NCBI RefSeq assembly: GCF_035084215.1
Contig: NC_090340.1
Coordinates: forward strand, 15,004,001-15,068,000
Length of the DNA: 64,000 nucleotides
Reading direction: 5' to 3'
Source of the DNA: Heptranchias perlo
Lineage: Eukaryota
Each line of letters starts with the position of its first letter. Positions within the stretch are counted from its first letter, which is position 1. Both the position numbers and the translations under genes were made by a program. Under the pieces are notes generated by a model. The model saw only the letters and a program-made list of their open reading frames with translations, was not told the DNA's origin and searched no databases. Positions 11,195-23,032 of the stretch are shown here, piece by piece.

Positions 11195-14100
11195 ATGTTG
11201 TCGAGTGTGGTGCTTATGTTCCTGCTCCTGTCTCTCCGGGGAATTATTTACACAGGTATCTTTTATTCTCCATCCCAGCTGTCGCAATGAAGAAATGCAC
11301 CTGAAGGTGTTACCACTTAAACTGAATGACATTTAGTTCGTCTGCTCTATATTCTTCTTTCTCTAATTTATTTCCATGTACAAATATTTTCGAAAGTGCC
11401 TGGTTCCACATAGCATATAAGTAACCAAATTTTTAATCTATTTTCTAACAGCTGCTGCACGTATTTCTCAAACCCCCGAACAAGTGATTGCATTAAGGGG
11501 GGAAAACATCACCTTCTACTGTGTAATCCCGCTCTCTCAGGACAACTCAGAAGTGCATTGGTGGAAACAGGGCGAGAAAGCATATTTGCAAACAACGGTC
11601 GATAACAGAAAACGATTTGGTGTCAAAAATAAAGGAGCCAGTTTCTTTGAGCTACGGAACGTGACCTTCCAAGACTCTGGAATCTATCAATGCACAGTGA
11701 TCCGTCAGGGAAGCGTTAGTGGAAATGGAACGGGCTCAAATCTAATTGTGTGCGGTAAGTGACTGGGGTGAGTGGGAACTTCCAAATGTATCCAATGTAA
11801 CAGTATAAAACATTTATATTAATACATTTACAGTCAAACTCAATGTTACTCCAATATCTCTGTACACAGCTGTTAATTACACGGCACGATATGGCGCTTC
11901 ATTTACTGAGTTGTGTGAAATTCCATCAATATTAACCAGAGTAAGTAATATATTACTGGATTCATCTCAACATGTAGTTTCCACATCAGACTTCTGATGA
12001 GGGAAGGTGCGGAACAAATTCGAAACATATAGATGACTGACTGAAGATCTTTCATATTAATGCGCCTCCCCCGCCATATACAGGGCTCTTAACCTATTTT
12101 AGAAGCTTTGTTTGTCCCTGTCGCTGTCAGTGGGGTTTAACGGTCACTCCTGAAATTAATGCTCACATACTGACAGGCTGGTTCGAATGGCGGATTTCAG
12201 ATAAGCTACAATTAACTGTTAATTATTGGATTTACTCAACACATAGAACCATGAACCAGAACTTTGCCGCCGCTTTCCCCTGCAATAAACGAATCATTCC
12301 CCAGAGATTGTGTTGCTGAAGCCTTCTGAGGTTGAGCGGAATGTAATTTCCCTGAGCCGATCCCATGCTCCTGCTGTGTGGGCTTCCCGATATCCACTAG
12401 GGCCCTCCTTTCAGTATCAGTAATATACAGATTACTCGTTTCTTTCTTGGGGAGACAGACAGACAGAGCTAGAGATCCTAACAGAGAAGGACAGAGGATG
12501 CCATTCTTCTCCCACATCTTCTGTTACCTATCTCCCCAGAAACCTGATTTTCCACATTTTCTGTCCACAGCTGCCCCAACTCCACTGAAGATTGTCTCCA
12601 GGACACCCGAGAGCAAACCATCTGCTTCTCTGACTCTTGTGTGTGAAACGGCTGAGTTTTACCCGGAGGATTTCACCCTCACTTGGTATAAAAATGGCGT
12701 CAAAACCACAACTGGGATAAATATGACTAAACGGCGGAACACTGAGGGTCTGTATGAAGTTTCCAGCACTTTGGAAGTGACTCAGCCGAAGCGGAATGGG
12801 TCTGTTTACACCTGTTTGGTAACTCATGTCGCCCTCCAGACTCCCGCCATTGCAACCTACACTGTCAGCAATTCCGACTCAGGTAAGGAGCCAACAGTCG
12901 AAGAAGCGAGGTCAGCTACTGTTAAACACTGAAAGGATATTTGATAGGGTTTGTTCATATTAATAATCAGGAAGGTGATTCACGGATAATTCACGGAAAA
13001 GTCATGAGAAATTTCAACAAAACATAAAATGCATATTTTAATGTAAAACATCATTGACAACGGGTAGTAAAAGCTCAAGTTATATCATCCGCCACACAAA
13101 CGTATTCAGTCAAACCTTATTAGCCTTCAAATTCCTTTATTTGATGTAAAGCAAATATAAGCAGAAGTTGAGTTTTGTTATCCGATTATATTTCATATTC
13201 TGCTTATTATTTATCACATTTTATTTATTTTTGTTTCGATGTTAAAATGGTTTTATTCGTTATTATTATCTAGCTTTCCTGCAACAGGGTGATTCCCAGG
13301 AGCTACATTTAAGTTGTCTGCTCTCGGGTTTCTCCCAATGCAGTTCCCGATCCTGACCCCCCTTTTCAGCTACTCCCAGTGAAGAGTTCTGAAATTAATT
13401 ATCTGACCAAATGAATCCCTCACCCTTCCATGGCACAACGGGTTGGAATGGATCTGCCTCATACATTTCATTTAAACGGTGCTCACAACCTGGCTGCAGT
13501 TCTGCCGGTTACACCGTTTTATTAAAAGCTATTTGCCTGGTCAGGCGACAGTGAATAAACCATCGCGCGTTGATCTCCTACTTTGCGATATTCTTACCTC
13601 AATAAATACAGTGCAGTGTAGATATGTGAATTGGGAGTTTTAACCGATTTCTGCAATTCGGCATTTTGTCCGGCAACGGTGAAACGATTGTCATCGAATT
13701 GCCCGCGATTTCATCCAACAATAAATAAAGAACATGAGAAAAGTCAAGGGTAAGAACAAACCATTCGGTCTAGGGAAACATCCCTCTCGTATTCTACCTC
13801 TTCTAAAACAGTGTTTCAATAGTCATAAATTCAGTACCCCTCCTCGAAGATAATTCCAAAAAGGTCTCATCCATTTCAGACATTTGAGAAATTCCTTCCA
13901 ACATTATATCTAAAAAAAGTAACATTTTTAATTTATTGCCGTTCTACACTGTGCAGTTGCTGAAAGCATCATTACTTTAACCAAAAAACGCTCTTGCGGC
14001 ACCTTTTTAGGAAACGCCCGCCATAATGTACAACTCAATATATATGCTCCTATTATTCTTGCAGTTCGTGATGGCATGTCTCCTTACTACTCGGGTTTTA

Positions 14101-14711
14101 GATATGCGATGTGCGGTGTGGCGTTACTAGTGCTTCTGGTCATCATCCGGTCGCACTGCCAATTGCAGGTTAATAAAGGTAAGTTCTACTGTAAGCGTTT
14201 GATTTTCATTCAAAACTTCAGGAAGCGGTGGGGAGAAGTAGTGAGAGTCTCCGAATAACACAAAGAAGGCAGTGTTATCTGATTTCAGGCAGCGTCCATT
14301 GTTCCAACAGTAACAGATTCTGCACTTTATAACGCAGAAATCCTCACAGAATCAGCTTAAAAATTGATCCGATTACCTCTAAATTTGCAACAACAATTTC
14401 CACTTTGCAGTGTGATAAATGAATTGTACCCTGACACATAATCACTTTCCAAACCAGTGGGTTGTGGGTCCCCAACAATGGAGCGGTGTGAGGCTCCGGC
14501 CGGCAATGGCCGTAGGTCATTGCTGATCGCTACCGGGACTCCGATTCAAATACTGTCGGTACAATCTGAAATTGAAAGTCATGTTCCGCTTCATACTGAC
14601 TCTGGAAAGGTCTATAAAATCACTAATGTGGAAACTCAGCAAATATTTCAATCGCTCCTTATAATTAAATTTCATTAATTCACAGGTAAAAACTGCACCG
14701 AACGGTCGTGA
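11195..14711 (+). CDS. Receptor copy B: intact VJ-C1-TM Ig-superfamily receptor (NKp30/SIRP/TCR-like architecture), 271 aa; exons 11195-11255, 11452-11754, 12571-12882, 14065-14178, 14686-14711
   Basis: All four introns are GT-AG and phase 1, and the 816-nt spliced ORF is open. It encodes signal peptide MLSSVVLMFLLLSLRGIIYT, V and C1 domains with canonical residues, a TM segment and tail RSHCQLQVNKGKNCTERS*. An in-frame upstream ATG at 11153 is an alternative start. Confidence 0.85.
11452..11754 (+). CDS. Copy B exon 2: V-set Ig domain with germline-joined J-like G strand
   Basis: ITFYC...VHWWKQ...LRNVTFQDSGIYQC...GNGTGSNLIV; acceptor ttttctaacAG, donor GTaagt. Confidence 0.92.
12571..12882 (+). 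CDS. Copy B exon 3: C1-set Ig domain
   Basis: LTLVCETAEFYPEDFTLTWYKNG...GLYEVSSTLEV...YTCLVTHVAL carries the C1-set FYP, W and YxCxVxH motifs; acceptor ctgtccacAG, donor GTaagg. Confidence 0.92.
14065..14178 (+). CDS. Copy B exon 4: transmembrane exon with arginine
   Basis: ttcttgcAG|...YYSGFRYAMCGVALLVLLVIIRSHC...K|GTaagt. It is 114 nt, the same length as the paralogous exon at 39388-39501. Confidence 0.85.
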
Positions 14712-15397
14712 AAGGCTGGTACGTTCATCCATTCATCCCCGAAAAGTGTTCAAATATGCAGAAAGATTACTATCATGGAGATATTTTTATCATAATCATG
14801 TCAGAACAGTTTGCGTAATTCCTAAAAGTATTTGGTTTGTTTCGCTTAATGGGTCACTCAAATCGTGTTCAGAAAAACATTTGATGCTGGCGGGGAGGGG
14901 TTTAACCCCTCGGGGCGAAATTGTTTTTCGGAAAAGAAAAGCGAGTGCAGTGTACAACGGGCGGCCGCTTCGCTATCGCCCGTTTCGCGCTACCGCCGAA
15001 GGCCAATTTCACCCTGTCTCCGGTGTGTTGCTCTTTTAAATTATTAATTGGCAGAAAAGAAAACTGTCAGTTTCGTTGAAAATGTGTCTAAGTAATTACA
15101 GTTTATAGAGTCAATATTATTTATAATTGTGGAAATTCTTAATATTGTGGAACAACCGCTCATTTAATCATTTATGTGGTGTATAATGAATATTGACGGG
15201 TTTAAATAATAAGTTATAGCGAGCACAGTACTCACCGGTCTTAACATTTGCACTTATGTGACAATATTAATTATGGTTTCTGCAGTTTATCTCTCGTCTA
15301 CATTGTTCTGTTCACTGTTTAACTAGTAGTCTGTAAATTGGTGAAAGCAGTGAACTAGCCACATAACAAATCATATACTTGTCCCTGGCCTATTTGG

Positions 15398-15500
15398 GAA
15401 GCAGAGGCTGGGATCCTTGATACGCTGCATTAGGGTTGAACAGAACTCATTAAACTCCAACACGTAAACTTGAATTGAAGAGGAATGTGTAAAATTAGGC
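15398..15500 (+). pseudogene. Dead ITIM/ITSM exon of copy B
   Basis: Homologous to 56883-57029. The acceptor reads TGG instead of CAG, a 1-nt deletion precedes tac gct gca tta (YAAL, 15421-15432), there is an internal TAA, and the second Tyr codon has become TAA. Confidence 0.8.
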
Positions 15501-15976
15501 GGGACTCGAAAGCGGATCAGACAGAGACAGATTACCAGCGTAACAACAATATTCATCGGATATCGGAAAATATAAGGCTGGCTGACTCTGGTCGTGTATC
15601 GAATCGAAAGCTGTTTCTCTGTTATTCTGTTGATTGTTTTCGGCAGCAGTCCACAAACTGGCAAAACGACCAATTAACAATATTTCCAAACACGGATTAC
15701 AGACCAAAAAAAGGGACCCACGTGACTCTAGGCTCCAAAAAAATGGGAAAATCTCAAAATAACAAATAAAACACAGATTAACATATTCCAGTATTATATC
15801 ATTCAAAAAGGTGTCATTGTTTGTTATTGCTTAAATGTTTGAGGAATTTTAATTGATTTACTTGTACTAAAAATGAACTTTCCTTCCAACTTTTGATCAA
15901 TCTGTCATGTTTTACAGATAAGAAAACTTTGCAATTATATACTTTTTTGTACCTAGTTATTATCATGCATAACTTC

Positions 15977-15982
15977 AATAAA
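15977..15982 (+). terminator. Candidate polyadenylation signal of copy B
   Basis: AATAAA conserved at the homologous position in copy A (4070-4075) and copy C (57694-57699). Confidence 0.5.
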
Positions 15983-18357
15983 AATAGATGTTCTACGATT
16001 TCTCTCTTATCAACCATTAGTGATCATTTTTCTTCACTAGTAAAACTGCAAAACCTGAGTTTTGATCTATGCGTTGCCTTGGTGTATTGTGACTTCCAGT
16101 ACAGGCGATTCTCCTGATGTGGAAGGCAGGACGCTCCAGTCTATGGACTCGTCCGTAAACCCACTGCACCCAGCTTGCAGCTGATGGAACATGAGTTACC
16201 TTTCTCTAATCTCTGAATGACTATCCACTTCGCCCAGACAATTCCAAGCGGCTCCCAAAGGAAATGCCCAGATTATTCTCATTATGCTCTATCTTCAAAA
16301 GGACAGAGATTCGAGAGAGTTCTGAGACAAGCAACAAGAATGAATCCGGGACCTGGCAGTTAAGTTGTGAGAAAAGCCCCACGGAGCCGGTCGCATTTTT
16401 ATTGGAGGTAATACCAAATTAAAAAGGATTCTGGCCTTTTAGAAATGTTGAAAGACGTGGCTGATGTAGATAAGCTCGCTGTATGACTTAACACGCAACA
16501 ACAGGTTCTGAATTATCAATTCCCAAAGAAGAGAATAGAATTACAACCATTTTTTGTGTGGTTGTTTGTTCAGCTGGAAGATAACTAATAGTTTGAATGG
16601 TTAAACTGTCATCTATTTGGAAGTAGATCACTTGAATTACAGGGTGAGAACTATCTGGTTACTGGAAGAATAGCAGCCCAACAGTTCCAGCGACTAAGCC
16701 TTCAACTCAGAATTTAAAGATAATACAAGACGTAGTGAATCGGTTGCATTTTATTTGGCCTAACTCTCTTTGTTTGATGACTCTGTGCATTAACAAGCGT
16801 TTTAGAGACCTAGAATGTTACAGCAGAGAAACAGTTCATTGGGCTTCTAAAGTCTGAACGTTTTTTCTCTCCACATGAACCAGTTAATTTGTCCTATTTT
16901 GCTTTTAAATTCTCACAATCTTTCATATCCCTCTTTTCAAGCAACTAATTCCATTCTAAAAGAAATCCTGCACTGGGCTTGTGGCAGAGAACTATATATC
17001 GCATTCTAACCAGCCTCCGTTTAGAGAGTATGTTACCTCTCCCTTTATTTTTTGAGATTATGTTAAATTTCTGGTCAGTCGCTACAGTTTACTGACCACT
17101 GGAAACAATATAACATTATTACCTTATCATAACGCGTCTTAGTGTTGAAAACCTCTTAAACATCTCAGCTCAAGTGAAAGATGTCCAAGCTTCTCAAATA
17201 ATAACAACCCCACATTCCTGGTAATTAAATTTTCAATTGTTTTTATACCTTTAGTTTTAGAAAAACTCTTCCACCAGCTGAACATTACCTCCTTGCTTTT
17301 GTATTTTATGCCACCAAATACTAAACCAGGACATTCCCTTTGCATTTTTATTTTGCAATAAACTTCTGCTGCCATCATTCGTTAAATTCGCTCTGCTGCT
17401 CTCCATTTAAGATCCTATAATTTAAGATGTATTTCCCATTCCTACCTCCAGAAATGTAATATTTCACGTTTCTCTCCATTCGCCATGGCCATCTACCTGC
17501 TCTTCGAACTAACTATCGATGTCGCCTGCAGGATTTCACAAGCTGCATCGGAATGTCCTTCCCTCCTCCCCATTGTTTGTCATCTGCAAATTTTAATGTT
17601 GCTCCCTCAATTCCCCAGTCAAGATAATTAATCTTTATAATAAATAAAAGCAGCCCAACACAGACCCCGGGGAACACCTCTCGGCACATCTTTCCACTCC
17701 GAGAAATATTCTTTTACCCTTATACTTTGTTTTCTGTCCTCCAATCATCACTCTATTCCCATTAGCCACTTTGTCCTTACTTTCACGTGCCATTGTCGTA
17801 TGTGGTACCTTTTCAAATACGTTCGGAAAATCCATGCAAATTACATCTGCGGCATTCTCCTTCTCTTATTCTCTTTGTTATTTGTTCAATTAATTCTTTA
17901 AATCAAGCGGGATCTGCTTTTTCTAAACTCGTGATTCCTGGACCTGATTAGTTCAGGTTTCTACCAGAATTTCGCCGTTTTATAACGTTTGTCATAGGTC
18001 CTGCAAATTGCAAGTAAATGTGCAACTGTTTACCTGTCATTATGTTGCAGGTTGCTTCGCATTGTTTTTTTCTCATCCAATAACAATTCGTTGGCTTCGA
18101 GGAAGAGATTAAGTCAACGTGCTGTAGATTATTTTGAAAACTAGTTAAGCGAAAGTGACACATTTATGTGCAGTGGTACAAAATTAACATTTGGACATTC
18201 TATCAATCATTTGTTCTGTGAAAATGTAAGATATTAACGGAAGTGTTGACTAGTCTGGATTTAGCTACACGAAATGTTTTGCTAAATATCGACACTAGCG
18301 AATCGTTTTCTCGAGCTAACATGAAGCGCGTGTTATTTAATCGCCCCATCAGTGTAA

Positions 18358-19820
18358 CCATAAGACCATAAGAGATAAGAACAGGAGTAGGCTATTCGGC
18401 CCCACGAGCCTACTCCGCCATTTAATGAGATCATGGCTGATCTGATTTTTACCTCAACTCCACTTTCCCGCCCTTTCCCCATATCATTTGACTCCCTTGC
18501 TGATCAAAAAATAGTCTAACTCAGCCTTGAATGTATTCCAATTACTCAGCCTCCACAGCATTTTGGGATAAAGAATTCCAAAAATTCACGACCCTCTGAG
18601 AGAAGAAATTCCTCCTCCTTTCCATCTTAAACGGGCGACCCCTTATTCTGAGACTATGCCCCGTAGTTTTAGATTCCCCCATGAAGGATAATATCCTCTC
18701 AGCATCTAACCTATCGAGTCCCCTCAGAATCTTGTCTGCTTCAATAAGATCTCCTCTCATTCTTCTAAACTCCAATGAGTATAGTCCCAACCTGTTCAAT
18801 CTTTCCTCATAAGAAAATGCTTCCATACCCGGAATCTACCTAGTGAACCTTCTCTGAACTGCCTCCAATGCAAGTATGTCCTTCCTTAAATAAGGGCACC
18901 AGAACTGTACGCAGTACTCCAGGTGTGGTCTCACCAGTACCCTGTAGAGTTGTAGCATGACTTCCCTGCTTTTATACTCCATCCCCCCAGGAATAAAGGC
19001 CAATATTCCGGATTACCTGCTGCACCTGTATGTTGACTTTTTGTGTTTCATGTACGAGGACACCAAGATCCCTCTGTACCGCAGCATTTTGTAGTATTTC
19101 TCCATTCTAATATTATTTTGCGTTTTTATTTTTCCTCCCAAAGTGGATGACTTCACATTTTCCCACATTATATTCCATCTGCCAAATTTTTGCCTATTTG
19201 CTAAACCTGTCAATATCCCTTTGCAGACACTTGTATCCTCATCGCAACTTGCTTTTCCATCTATCTTTGTATCATCAGCAAATTTGGCCACAAGACTCTC
19301 TGTTCCTTCATCCAAGTCATTGATATATATTGTAAATAGTTGAGGCCCCAGCATTGATCCCTGCGGCACCCCATTAGCTAGAGATTGCCATTTTGAAAAT
19401 GACCCTTTTATCCCGCCTCTTTGTTTTCTGTTAGTTCGCCAATCCTCTATCCATGCCAGTAAATTACCCACAACATCATGAGCTCTTATCTTGTGCAGTA
19501 TTTTTTTTACGTGGCACCCAATCGAACGCCTTTAGGAAATCCAAATATACTGCATCCATTGGTTCCCATTTATCCATCCTGCACTTTACTTCCTCAAAGA
19601 ACTCTATTAAATGTGTCAGACATGATTTCCCCTTCATAAAACTATGTTGACTCTCCTTGATTGTATTATGAGTCTCCAAATGTCCTGCTACTACTTCCTT
19701 AATAATGGATTCTAGCATTTTCCCAATGACAGATGTTAGGATAACTGGTCTCTAGTTTCCTGCTTTCTGTCTCACTCCCTTCTTGAATAGTGGTCTTACG
19801 TTTGCGGTTTTCCAATCCAT
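18358..19820 (-). mobile_element. CR1 LINE 3' part (RT)
   Basis: GVPQGSMLGPQLFTIYINDLD, KFADDTKI, YEERLNRLGLYSLEFRRMRGDLIE. Absent from the copy A position (~10140). Confidence 0.93.
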
Positions 19821-22744
19821 TTTTAGAAGAAAGTTACACATTCACATTGCTCCTATCACAGTGTTTTGCGCCTTAAGACTGGTGGTTGGAGGTGACAAAG
19901 TACCAGATTGTACAAATAATTTCTAATGCGGCATCTTGCACTCCCGCTCCAACCACATCAGAGGCAAGAAATCCGCATTCGGGATATCAAAGGAGAGGCA
20001 AATCCATACAGAATTTCTGCTCCAAGACCGCCGGGAATCAGCAGTTCAGGGTCATAACAAGGGGTGACTGGAAGATTGTATAGTATGTGGAGGGGTATTT
20101 CGCTTTAAAGCATTGAAGGATTATAAGACAAATCTAGCATGAATACCTGTCATGAATATTTGTGTTAGAAGAATCAGGACCGGTGGAATTGATACACGTT
20201 TTGTGAAAGGAAATATTAGTGTGGGATTATAAAAATAAATGATTGGACAGTGACTATTTTTAGCATAAGGGAACTCAATATTAATTATTCCCCATTTACA
20301 TTCAGTTTCATCACATGGTCACAGCTTGAAGTTAATGAACAGTTCAGATCATTTAAATGTTTTTTTATGAATTATAATGACATTTCATAATGGATATATC
20401 TAGTATAATTGTGAATACATAATAGAGGTGTTAAAGGGAGATTACGGTGTGTAATGCAGTAAAAACCTGTTCTCGTTTTATTTCCATCTTTTTATCTAGA
20501 AAGAACATAACAGAAAATAGATAGTTACCTAGTAATGTTACAAATGCACTTCAGTCATCTGATTTCTGGTTTGTCTCGTGTTTTCCATAACTCTTTTCAA
20601 CCTTGATGGTGAGCTGCACCATGATCCTTGGAACTTCGTTTGACGTATGTGACAACACCCGTTCATCCATATACTCACGATTGCGACTGAGTTTACTCAG
20701 CACTGACAGAAACATGAGAGTTGGTAAATTCAAGAATGTAACGCAGTCCACAGTCCACAACATCATTTGAACTACTTGATGCGAAAGTTGAACCTTCATT
20801 GCCTTGGTGAATGATTCTGCAGGAATGATTAAATTGTATGGTTTGAATTTATTTATGGAAATTCAAATTTACAATTAAAGGCTGCATATTGGAGCAACGT
20901 GAAGCATATACTATAGAAATAAGCTTGTGTGAACAGGTCATACCAGGGAGAGTCAAATACCTTTGACAGTGGCCACACTTGATATTTAACAAACTGACGA
21001 TTTTAATGACCAACGCAACTTAAAACCATGACCATTTTCTTAGGGGGATGCCAGCACACGCTATCGCTGTGTCACACTTGTATCTGCTTTGCTTAAATTA
21101 GGTTTTCATTAAAAAAGCAACAAATTACAACTGAAAATGTACAGAACGCCCAAATCAAACACGAGGAAGATGGATAGAAACAACACTGATCATGAATTCC
21201 GAAGAACATATTGAAGTAACAAAGCATGACTGGTGAGTACAATCTACAAACAAAATAAAGAGAAACCAACGAAATTGCTCCACTTTTTGAAAATATTTTG
21301 CTTTTTGTTCCATCACTAAGATAAGGGCTTACTGCTGGCAAAATATCGGGGTTACAACATTTAGAAGAAAATATCCAAACCTATTGACACAATAACATTT
21401 TCTGTGTTTTCAACAGATTCAGAGGACATTTTCGGTTGGAAGCTTGCTTCTCTCTGAGAAGCCTGAGTCAACATTATAAGGGCTTTCCAGAGAAGTCAAT
21501 CTGTTGGCTAACAAGGCAGGAGAGTACAATTCCGACCATGCACCGCTGTGACTGATTTTAACAGCCTGTGTAGAGAATTGCGAGCATGCACTTACTGCTT
21601 CTCCCTTTCTGAATCCAATGAACACGATCATTGTCAGAACACGCCATGACTTGTGATTCGTAAACACATCCTTTTTCCCTGTGCAGCAACGAAAGCGGCA
21701 TTGCTGCGGAATGATGGAAGCAAAAAGGAAAAGAAGCATTGGTTTTCCTCATCGAATACTTTAAAGATAACAGCATTTTTTGCATGGAACATTAAAGCAA
21801 TGTAAAACAGGTACTTTTGAAAACATTCTTAAGGAGATATATTCAACCGGCTGTTGATTTATGTAACTAAAGATATTACATGATATTCCGTTCAATGGAC
21901 ATGTGCACCCCTTTGACATAGTATCATAGTCGGTACAGCACAGAAGGAGGCATGTACTGCCTCTTTGAGAGAGCTATCCAATTGGTGCCATTCCCTTGCT
22001 CTTTCCCCATAGCCATTTTCCCCTTCAAGTAATTACCAATTCATTTTTGAAAGTTACTATTGAATCTGCTTCCATCACTCTTTCAGGTTGTGCATTCCAG
22101 ATCATTACACCTAGCTGCCTCTCCCCTGGCTCTTTTGCTGATCATCTTTATTGGAAACTTAATTGCGGAGGTTACTTTCATCCTAACAGTCTGCGTCCGA
22201 AATAGGTGTGACCAGTCCATTCTGAGAAAGTGTCACAGAACCAAATTGCCCAATTTGGAACTCTCACTGAGAGAAACCATAGTTTCGTTAGCATGCGGGT
22301 GAAAATATGATATTGGTATAATTGCCAGCGTTCTACTCAGGTTGGGGCTGAGCCATACCCTTAGCACCATTCATGCCTTGCTTCTGGATGGAGCTGACAC
22401 CAGAAAATGTCCCCTGTATAATCTGCAACGAATTTGCACACCTATTCGTTGTAAACGGGTTCGGAATGTTGTTATACATAGCACATAGTGTAGAACGACA
22501 TAAATCTATCAGGTAATAGTTCCATTCCCCAGCTCGATTAATGCGGAATTCACCCCAAGTGATTTGAAAAAGGAGGAAAATGGAATTTGAAATTCAGTTA
22601 TACTAAAATCAGAAATATTCAAAATCAGATTACACTTCGGTTGTGCACTTCAGCTGTTCAGTAAAAGTAGACACAGAAAAAAATGTTGATACAAATGACT
22701 CGCTTAGTGCCGTGCAGATATTGACAGTGGTGTCATATGTTAAA

Positions 22745-23032
22745 GAGCTCAACGCAAGCTCGAGGAACAGCATTTCATCTTTCCATTAGGCACTTAACAG
22801 CCTTCAGGCTTTAACATTCAGTTCAACAACTTTAGATCATAACCACCGCTCCCATTTGATCGGACGACATGTCCTGGTTACGGTTCTGTTGTTAGCATTT
22901 ACACTTCCTCTCGACAAATCGTTGTTTCTTCAGCTTTGTTTCTTTACTTGTCGCATTACAACCAGCTTTTTCCTTTCACCATCACTCTTTTTGTCATTTA
23001 ATCACTCCTGCCCTACACTCCATCACAGACCT
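22745..23032 (+). mobile_element. Penelope-like element remnant (continues at 25613-25730 after the ERV insertion)
   Basis: Translates as AQRKLEEQHFIFPLGT*QPSGFNIQFNNFR, resembling the C-terminus of the Penelope GIY-YIG endonuclease. The pyrimidine-rich 3' region resumes after the TSD. Confidence 0.7.

Noticed and set aside
11693-11731. Perfect RSS heptamer CACAGTG overlapping the second V cysteine of copy B
   Set aside because: No nonamer at 12 bp (agcgttagt) or 23 bp (aaatggaac) spacing, copy C has CGCAGTG, and V and J are already joined in frame.
11195-14711. Assigning a gene symbol such as NCR3, SIRPA, TAPBP, IGL or a TCR chain
   Set aside because: Domain count and tail fit none exactly, the J-like motif lacks the F/W of FGxG, and orthology needs phylogeny and synteny.
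21192-21810. Possible two-exon unrelated gene (MNSEEHIEVTKHD, donor near 21233; acceptor near 21416)
   Set aside because: Splicing creates an immediate TGA, all frames of the second segment have stops, and no recognisable domain is present.
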